A DNA stretch of 64,000 nt. Source: Candidatus Nomurabacteria bacterium (GTDB lineage Bacteria > Patescibacteriota > Minisyncoccia > Phycocordibacterales > UBA9973). The stretch spans positions 5,219 to 69,218 of the forward strand of contig JACQGC010000018.1 in the NCBI GenBank assembly GCA_016199805.1, in the 5' to 3' direction. The notes below the pieces were generated by a model. The model ran no database searches, was not told where the DNA came from, and worked only from the letters and a program-made list of their open reading frames with translations. Below, piece after piece: positions 57,376 through 64,000 of the stretch. Position 1 is the stretch's first letter, and each line of letters opens with the position of its first letter. Made by a program: the position numbers and the translations under genes.

Positions 57376-57807
57376 ATGTCAAAAAAAGGTGTGGATAAAA
57401 AAATAATGGTCTTTGGAACCTTTGATGGCCTGCATAAAGGGCATCTTAATTTCTTCAAACAGGCTAGACTTTTGCACCAATTTCCAATTCTCGTCGTATC
57501 TATTGCTAGGGATAAAAATGTTTTTAAGATAAAAGGGAAGTATCCGGAATTGAACGAGAGAGCCAGAATGGCTCTGATAAAAAAATGTGCCTTGGTTGAT
57601 AAAGTGGTTTTATCCGGCATAAAAGATCACCTGCCGCACATTACAAGAGAGCATCCGGATATTATAGCGCTCGGTTATGACCAGAGAGATTATGTGCGGA
57701 ATCTTAAAAAAGATTTGAAAAATAAGGGTGTTTTGGTTAGGATTGCGCGCCTGAAACCCTTTAAAGAAAAAAAATATAAAAATCACTTGCTAAAAACAAA
57801 AAGATAA
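57376..57807 (+). CDS. Cytidylyltransferase-like protein (RibL-type FAD synthase family)
   Basis: FGTFD.LHKGH, VS.ARD, PDII.LGYDQ. Confidence 0.8.
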   Translation: MSKKGVDKKIMVFGTFDGLHKGHLNFFKQARLLHQFPILVVSIARDKNVFKIKGKYPELNERARMALIKKCALVDKVVLSGIKDHLPHITREHPDIIALGYDQRDYVRNLKKDLKNKGVLVRIARLKPFKEKKYKNHLLKTKR

Positions 57808-57822
57808 ATATAATTTTATATT

Positions 57823-59112
57823 ATGAAAGATATATTTAAAAATAAAGATTTTCACACTATATTTTTTACAAGTTTTTTATCTCTGCTCGTTGTTATTGTC
57901 GTGGGACTCGGTTTGGTTTGGCGTTTTCGCGGAAATATTTTCGGATGTTTTGCTAAAGAATATTTGGCGGAAACACAAAATGCAAGTGTTGTTGAAAAAG
58001 ATGTTGCTGGAAATACCACCCTAAAGCAGCCCATTTTCTCGCAAGATTCCTTAGTGGTGAACGCCGTAAAAAAAACAAATCCGGCCGTCGTGTCTATAAC
58101 TATATCGCAAGAAGTTCCCAAATATGAGAATTGTATTAATCCAAATCAACAACAACAGCAAAATCCCTTTGGTGACTTATTCCCAGGTTTCAATTTCAAT
58201 ATTCCCCAATATCAGTTGTGTCAAAATGGTACCCAGAAAAAAGAAGTCGGCGGCGGGTCGGGGTTTTTTGTATCGAGTGACGGATTGATTGTAACCAACA
58301 AGCACGTGGTGGACCAAAAAAGTGCGGAGTATACGGTATTTACAAATGACGGTAAAAAACACACGGCTACCATTGTCGCCCGTGACCCGGTTTTGGATAT
58401 TGCTCTTATTAAAATTTCCGGAAGCGGTTTTTCATATTTATCACTGGGAAATTCTGATGATTTGGATGTGGGGCAGAGTGTCATTGCTATAGGTAATGCT
58501 CTCGGAGAATTCAGAAATACCGTTTCCGTGGGGGTAGTCTCGGGACTAGCGCGGTCAGTCACCGCCGGCGACAGTTCTTCCGGAAATACGGAAGTTTTAG
58601 ACCACGTCATTCAAACCGATGCCGCTATCAATCCCGGAAATTCCGGTGGACCTCTTTTAAACCTAAACGGGGAAGTTGTGGGCGTAAACGTCGCCATTGC
58701 CGAGGGTTCCCAAAATATTGGTTTTGCTCTGCCCATAAACAGCGTAAAGAATTCTATTGAATCCGTAAAATCCACCGGTAAAATTGTTCGTCCATATCTA
58801 GGGGTTCGCTATGTGGCCATAAACGCGGACTTGAAAGATAAAAATAATTTAACAGTTGATTACGGAGTACTGGTAAAAGCAGGGGCGACCGCGAGCGACC
58901 TCGCCATCATTCCTGGTTCTCCCGCCGACCGGGCCGGCATAGTGGAAAATGATATTATTTTGGAAATTGACGGAGTAAAGCTGGATGATAATACCAGCTT
59001 GGCTTCGCTTATCAGACAAAAAACCATAGGTCAAGTAATTAACCTAAAAATTATCCACAAGGGCGTGGAAAAAACAGTGTCGGTCACTCTCACTGCCGCG
59101 CCGGATAACTAA
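57823..59112 (+). CDS. htrA: HtrA/DegP-family serine protease with PDZ domain
   Basis: GSGF, TNKHV, D.A, IQTDAAINPGNSGGPL. Confidence 0.92.
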   Translation: MKDIFKNKDFHTIFFTSFLSLLVVIVVGLGLVWRFRGNIFGCFAKEYLAETQNASVVEKDVAGNTTLKQPIFSQDSLVVNAVKKTNPAVVSITISQEVPKYENCINPNQQQQQNPFGDLFPGFNFNIPQYQLCQNGTQKKEVGGGSGFFVSSDGLIVTNKHVVDQKSAEYTVFTNDGKKHTATIVARDPVLDIALIKISGSGFSYLSLGNSDDLDVGQSVIAIGNALGEFRNTVSVGVVSGLARSVTAGDSSSGNTEVLDHVIQTDAAINPGNSGGPLLNLNGEVVGVNVAIAEGSQNIGFALPINSVKNSIESVKSTGKIVRPYLGVRYVAINADLKDKNNLTVDYGVLVKAGATASDLAIIPGSPADRAGIVENDIILEIDGVKLDDNTSLASLIRQKTIGQVINLKIIHKGVEKTVSVTLTAAPDN

Positions 59113-60260
59113 ATATCCCCCTTCTCGATTGTCGAAGACAAGTAAACTCCATAAAGCATTAGTGTTCCCAAGATTAGAAAGATAAATTTAAATGATGGCA
59201 CCAAGTAAAAAATAGCCAGAGCTGCGAGTGGAGCTACGATGTAGGCCACAGGGGAAGCGCTGCGGTATACCCCGACAAACTCTTCATTTTCCGGTCTGAT
59301 ATGTTTGAAGAAATAAGCGTCACTCATGGATTCCACGGCGGAAGCGCCGATGCGGGTCAAAAAGAGTACGAGTGCCCAGACCAAAACAGTATGCCGGGTG
59401 ATAAAAAAGAGAGATATCGTGGCCAGCGCGGTAATGGCAAAACCAAACATTAATATTTTTCTTTCGCCGACAATGTCGGCATATTTGCCTAATTTAATCG
59501 GTACAAACAAGAAAGGTAAAAGCATGATTGTAAAAATAAGTCCGATTTGTTCCCAGGAAAATCCCAAATGAGCAGATAAATATATCGGGGTATAGATGAC
59601 CATAGCGCAGTAAAAACACTGTAACAAGAAAGTGAGCCCATATGCTCTTAGTAAGTTTTTATTTCTAAAAAATTCACCCACATAATTTGTTATATTTTTT
59701 TTATCATAATTCGGATCGGGTATCTTTTTGAGGTTAAAAAAAGACACGAGGAAAAACAGCAGCATTATGGCAAAACTGGCCAGGTAAATATGCCGGAAAT
59801 CAAAATTTCTGCCGAATATTCCAAAAGATAAGACAGCCAGTATCCAAGCCAAGTTTGACAGCACTATATAAGTGCCCCTGATTTTACCGGTAAGTTTGTC
59901 TTCGGAAAATATTTTCAGTATTTCATCCAGAGAGAAAATTAGCAAAGTGTTTGCGGAAAGAAATACAATGAATAAAACAACCACCAGCCATGTATTATGC
60001 ACAAAAGCGAGTGCTTCAAAAATCATAGCAAAAACAAAAGACACCAAAAGTATAAATTTATATCCTCCCAGTACCCTCCAAATTTTTGGAACAATCAGGA
60101 GCGCTATGATTGAAAAGAACGAACCTAGGGCATACACTATGCCTGCCAGTTTTTCCCCGGTGAAAGAAGAAATAAAACTGGAGTTTATATAAGCAGCTAG
60201 GGCTACCGGAAGAGAATACAAAAACCCGGCCAAATATATTATTTTTCTATTGTGTTGCAT
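59109..60260 (-). CDS. MFS transporter
   Basis: About 12 TM; G..AD..GE.K. Confidence 0.8.
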   Translation of the reverse strand: MQHNRKIIYLAGFLYSLPVALAAYINSSFISSFTGEKLAGIVYALGSFFSIIALLIVPKIWRVLGGYKFILLVSFVFAMIFEALAFVHNTWLVVVLFIVFLSANTLLIFSLDEILKIFSEDKLTGKIRGTYIVLSNLAWILAVLSFGIFGRNFDFRHIYLASFAIMLLFFLVSFFNLKKIPDPNYDKKNITNYVGEFFRNKNLLRAYGLTFLLQCFYCAMVIYTPIYLSAHLGFSWEQIGLIFTIMLLPFLFVPIKLGKYADIVGERKILMFGFAITALATISLFFITRHTVLVWALVLFLTRIGASAVESMSDAYFFKHIRPENEEFVGVYRSASPVAYIVAPLAALAIFYLVPSFKFIFLILGTLMLYGVYLSSTIEKGDI

Positions 60261-60263
60261 TGT

Positions 60264-62204
60264 TTATACACTCAAAATTACCGGTATGACCAAAGGTCTC
60301 TTGGCGGTTTTCTGATACAAGAACTTGGATATATTTTCTCCGAGGTCTGCCTTGATGATGTCGAAATCCACTACCGGCATTTTGACGACTGCATTTTCTA
60401 TTCCGCTTTTGATTATGATTCTTACCTGGCGCAAAAGCTCTTGGTTTTCTTTGAGGTAAACGAACCCGCGGGAAATCAAATCCGGGGATTTTTTCAGTTT
60501 GCCGGTTTTTTGGTCAATGAGTGCGATGATGACAAACATCCCGTCTTGCGAGAGCATCTGTCTGTCTCGGATTACCACGTCTTGGGTGTCAGAAATGGAA
60601 GTGCCATCTACCAACATATTTCCAGAGGGCGCTTTCTCTTTGCGAGCAGCTATTTTTTGTCCGTCGGCAGATATTTCGATGATAGAACCATTGTCCGGTA
60701 CCACGATATTTTCTTCACTCATACCCAAGTCGACAGCGAGCTCTTTGTGTTTTTCCAAGAAAGAATGGTGTCCGTGAATCGGTATAAAGAATTTTGGATG
60801 AGTCTTGCGGTGTAGCCATTTTATATCTTCTTGGTTGCCGTGACCGGTGGCATGCACGAAATCTTCACCCGCAGTGCGATAACTGATTATTTTAACACCC
60901 TGCCTAGTCAATCCGTCTTTCATTTTTTGGACCTTTAACTCATTGCCCGGGATTATCGAAGCCGAAAGTATTATCGTGTCTCCCTTATGCAGTTTAAATT
61001 TGGTGTGCGATTTATTGGCCGCGCGGTTGAGTGAGGCAAACTCTTCTCCTTGAGCGCCGGTCATCAATATAACCACTTTGTTTGGCGGATAATTATCTGC
61101 ATCTTCTATCGGGATGATGGTGCCTTTTTTAGGAGTGAAAAGTCCGGCTTCTATGGCCACGTCGATGTTTGTCTTCATTGAACGTCCATCGAGAACTATC
61201 TTTTTACCCATTGATTCGGCAAATTTGACTATGAAAGCCAATCGGGTGATGTGAGAAGCAAAGGCGGCGATAATCATCCGGCCACTTACTTTTCTGATTA
61301 GATTTTCAAGTCCTTGGTGCACTTTTATTTCCGGCAAAGAAAAACCTTCGTTTTCAATGTTGGTGGAATCGGTCATCAAGAGGAGCACTTTGGCCTTGTC
61401 AAAAATCGAATATTCTTTTTCTTCTTCTTTAGAAACAATGCCATCCACTTGGTCGAGCTTGTAATCTCCCGGGGTTACTATCCAACCATGCTGTGTTTCC
61501 ACGATTATACCCATAGAGTCGGGAATGGTGTGGGTCACGCCGAAGAATTTAACTTTTATTTTTCCACAAGTCACCACTTCATCTTTTTCCACCATATTTT
61601 CCTTCATGGCTGGCAAGTGTGGAAATTCCGCTTGGCGTTTTCGCATCATCAAGATGGAAAGTTTCCTGGAATAAACAGGTGGGTTGCCGATACGTGAAAG
61701 CACCAAAGGCACGCCACCGATATGGTCGAGGTGTCCGTGAGTTATAAACAATGCTCGTATTTTTTCTTTGCGTTCTTCCAAGTAGGTAGTGTTGGGTATT
61801 ACGTAATCAACACCCGGAGTTGCTTCCGTAGAAAAGTGCATTCCGGCATCGATGATGATGATATCTTCGCCGATTTCAATGGCGGTCATATTTTTACCGA
61901 TTTCTTCCACTCCGCCGAGCGGAATTATACGTACTACTCCGGCTTCCGGCGCGGGAATTTTTGCGCTACTCACATTGCCGGCATTTGAATATTGATTTTT
62001 TGCGCCAAAAGGCCGGGAACCTTTATTTTGCCCAAATCTTTTTTTGGTATATTGGTAAGTGGAGCTCTTGGAAATCCTTTTTGCCCCTCCAGATGTACCT
62101 CGTCCAAATTTTGTATGAGTAATGTCCAGAGGAGTTGTTTTTTGTTCTATTTTTTTCTCATCAACGCTTATTGCGCTGAAAGATAGTCTTGTTTTTTTTG
62201 TCAT
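60264..62204 (-). CDS. rnj: Ribonuclease J
   Basis: PLGG.EEIGKNM, THGHLDHIG, H.IPD, TG.QGE, H.TGH, P.HG. Confidence 0.95.
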   Translation of the reverse strand: MTKKTRLSFSAISVDEKKIEQKTTPLDITHTKFGRGTSGGAKRISKSSTYQYTKKRFGQNKGSRPFGAKNQYSNAGNVSSAKIPAPEAGVVRIIPLGGVEEIGKNMTAIEIGEDIIIIDAGMHFSTEATPGVDYVIPNTTYLEERKEKIRALFITHGHLDHIGGVPLVLSRIGNPPVYSRKLSILMMRKRQAEFPHLPAMKENMVEKDEVVTCGKIKVKFFGVTHTIPDSMGIIVETQHGWIVTPGDYKLDQVDGIVSKEEEKEYSIFDKAKVLLLMTDSTNIENEGFSLPEIKVHQGLENLIRKVSGRMIIAAFASHITRLAFIVKFAESMGKKIVLDGRSMKTNIDVAIEAGLFTPKKGTIIPIEDADNYPPNKVVILMTGAQGEEFASLNRAANKSHTKFKLHKGDTIILSASIIPGNELKVQKMKDGLTRQGVKIISYRTAGEDFVHATGHGNQEDIKWLHRKTHPKFFIPIHGHHSFLEKHKELAVDLGMSEENIVVPDNGSIIEISADGQKIAARKEKAPSGNMLVDGTSISDTQDVVIRDRQMLSQDGMFVIIALIDQKTGKLKKSPDLISRGFVYLKENQELLRQVRIIIKSGIENAVVKMPVVDFDIIKADLGENISKFLYQKTAKRPLVIPVILSV

Positions 62205-62227
62205 TAAGTTTACTTATAGTTTTTATT

Positions 62228-63991
62228 TTAATAATTAGTTGATTTAGTAAAATCACCTTGGGTTGCGAATATTTTCCAGACATTTTCAGTGTCTGTGTAC
62301 CAATGATATACGTTTGAAAAACGGTCTTTGGGGGAGATGACATGGTTTATAGAAAATCCTTTTAGATTTGGAGATACCACATATATGAAATTCGGACTAT
62401 AAAGAAAAACAGCAGGCATATCTTTTCTGATTTCATCCTCAAATTGCGCGTATTTCTTAATCCTAGCTTGTTCATCTATGGTGACAGAAGCGTCTTCCAG
62501 TATTTTGTCCACTTTTACATTGGTATACATGGCTACATTCAGCCCCGGGTCTTTCCGTTGCGTCGAGTGCCAAAAAGCAAACAAGTCTGATTCGTGATTT
62601 ATTATTTCTCCGAACAAAAGAGCGTCATAATTGCGAGGACGGATAACGCTTTGGTTCAAATTGCCAATCTCAAAAGTTTTTATGTCGACTTTCATTCCAA
62701 CATTAGCCAAATCTTGCCTTATCATCTCGGCTGTTTTGGCGAGTTCGGGAGCATTTCCGGTCGAGATGGAAAACTCCAAAGTGGTAACAGTTTTTTTCTT
62801 GCTTTTGTCAGCTGTAGTTTTTTGTAGAAATCCATCGGGTCCTTTTGACCAGCCGTCTTTAGCCAGATTGCTTTGCATTGTTTGTAGTATTTGTTCACGT
62901 GAAGTGTTGCTTGCCTTGGACATTTCTTGAAAGGAGATTACTCCGGGTGGTATAGGGCCATCGATTGCGGTTGCATACCCGAAAAGCACTTCGCGGATTA
63001 TCTTATCTTTATCTATCACTTGGCCTATGGACTTGGTGATGACTTTGTCGGTAAAGAGGCGGTTCTGATTTTGGTTGAAGAAAAGCCCGAAAATTCTCGG
63101 TAACACCGAAGAGTTTATCTCGTAATTTCTTTCCTTTAAAATATCGGCATTGAGCGGGGTGATGGAGCTTATCTGGTCTACCACTCCCGCTTCCAGGGCA
63201 TCCAAGAGGTCGTTCTCGTTTGAATAAAAATATAAATTCAAACTAGCAACATACGGCTCACCCAGTATAAATTTTTTGAACGGTACCAATTCATATGACT
63301 CTATGGCTCCCGATGTTTGCTTGATGACATTTTTTATCATATAAGGTCCGGAGCCGACGGGGGAAGTGTTTGCGTTGTTGAGTTCTATGGCTGAACCACT
63401 CCACAGATAGCTGGGCATGATGCCGATAGTCGCATTTTCCAAAAATGATTGATAAGGTTGTTTCAAGGCGAATTGAATTGTTTTATTGTCTACTTTTGTA
63501 ACCATTACTCCATCCCAGTCCACTTTGTGCGGACTTTTTATAATCGAATCTTTTGCTTCATTTATGGTGAAAAGAACATCATCTGCTGTCACTGGTTTGC
63601 CGTCTTGAAAAAATATTTTGTCTTTTAGAGTAAAAGTGTACATCAAACCATCTTTAGACATTTCATATTTTTCCGCCAAGTCTGGAATCAATGTTCCGTC
63701 TCCGTTTTTCCTCATCAATCCGGAATAAATGAGCGAAGTCATATCCAGGTCGGCCGGAGTACTGGATAGAATCGGATTTATAAAACGGGGAGTTCCGATG
63801 ATACCTTCGGAGATAGTTCCTCCGCGGGAAGGAATACTCACCATCATGGATTTATTTATTTTTTCGAGCATTGAGATGGTGCTTATAAAAAGCAGTGCTA
63901 CAAAAGCAATAAAAAATACCCATTCCTTTTTCGAGAAGGCATTAAAAACAGAATTGATTTGGTCTTTTGTAGGCAATTTAAAACTACTCAT
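62228..63991 (-). CDS. ABC transporter family 5 (peptide/nickel) substrate-binding protein
   Basis: IYSGL, PDLA, YTF.L.....F.DG.P.TADDV.FT, PVGSGPY. Confidence 0.9.
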   Translation of the reverse strand: MSSFKLPTKDQINSVFNAFSKKEWVFFIAFVALLFISTISMLEKINKSMMVSIPSRGGTISEGIIGTPRFINPILSSTPADLDMTSLIYSGLMRKNGDGTLIPDLAEKYEMSKDGLMYTFTLKDKIFFQDGKPVTADDVLFTINEAKDSIIKSPHKVDWDGVMVTKVDNKTIQFALKQPYQSFLENATIGIMPSYLWSGSAIELNNANTSPVGSGPYMIKNVIKQTSGAIESYELVPFKKFILGEPYVASLNLYFYSNENDLLDALEAGVVDQISSITPLNADILKERNYEINSSVLPRIFGLFFNQNQNRLFTDKVITKSIGQVIDKDKIIREVLFGYATAIDGPIPPGVISFQEMSKASNTSREQILQTMQSNLAKDGWSKGPDGFLQKTTADKSKKKTVTTLEFSISTGNAPELAKTAEMIRQDLANVGMKVDIKTFEIGNLNQSVIRPRNYDALLFGEIINHESDLFAFWHSTQRKDPGLNVAMYTNVKVDKILEDASVTIDEQARIKKYAQFEDEIRKDMPAVFLYSPNFIYVVSPNLKGFSINHVISPKDRFSNVYHWYTDTENVWKIFATQGDFTKSTNY

Positions 63992-64000
63992 ATCAAGTTG

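Overview
This 64-kb window looks like a Patescibacteria/CPR chromosome, probably Parcubacteria. That assignment is inferred from gene content and protein style, and the genetic code is standard. Core genes: folD end, secDF, lemA-TPM, gatCA, a shortened prfB, ftsEX, pyrG, mltG, csoR-copA cluster, apbE, dsbB-like, htrA, rnj and an OppA-like binding protein. There are six tRNAs; tRNA-Asp(GTC) is split inside the anticodon by a 239-nt group I intron and is overlapped by a truncated free-standing LAGLIDADG gene. Most notable: (i) three unrelated small nuclease-like genes (DUF559, GIY-YIG, Cas2/PaaX-like), each bracketed by its own palindromic or inverted repeats, with related palindromes dispersed elsewhere, four of them in frame inside proteins; (ii) a cobalamin riboswitch controlling a two-gene transcobalamin-like (DUF4430 plus alpha/alpha barrel) operon; (iii) two paralogous three-gene surface cassettes with constant anchor and adaptor parts and swapped payloads; (iv) two apparent translation-initiation regimes, with leaderless core genes versus SD-led orphans carrying a boxA-like leader; (v) candidate new RNA motifs and unannotated small ORFs. 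All family calls are from motif recognition by eye; no searches were run.
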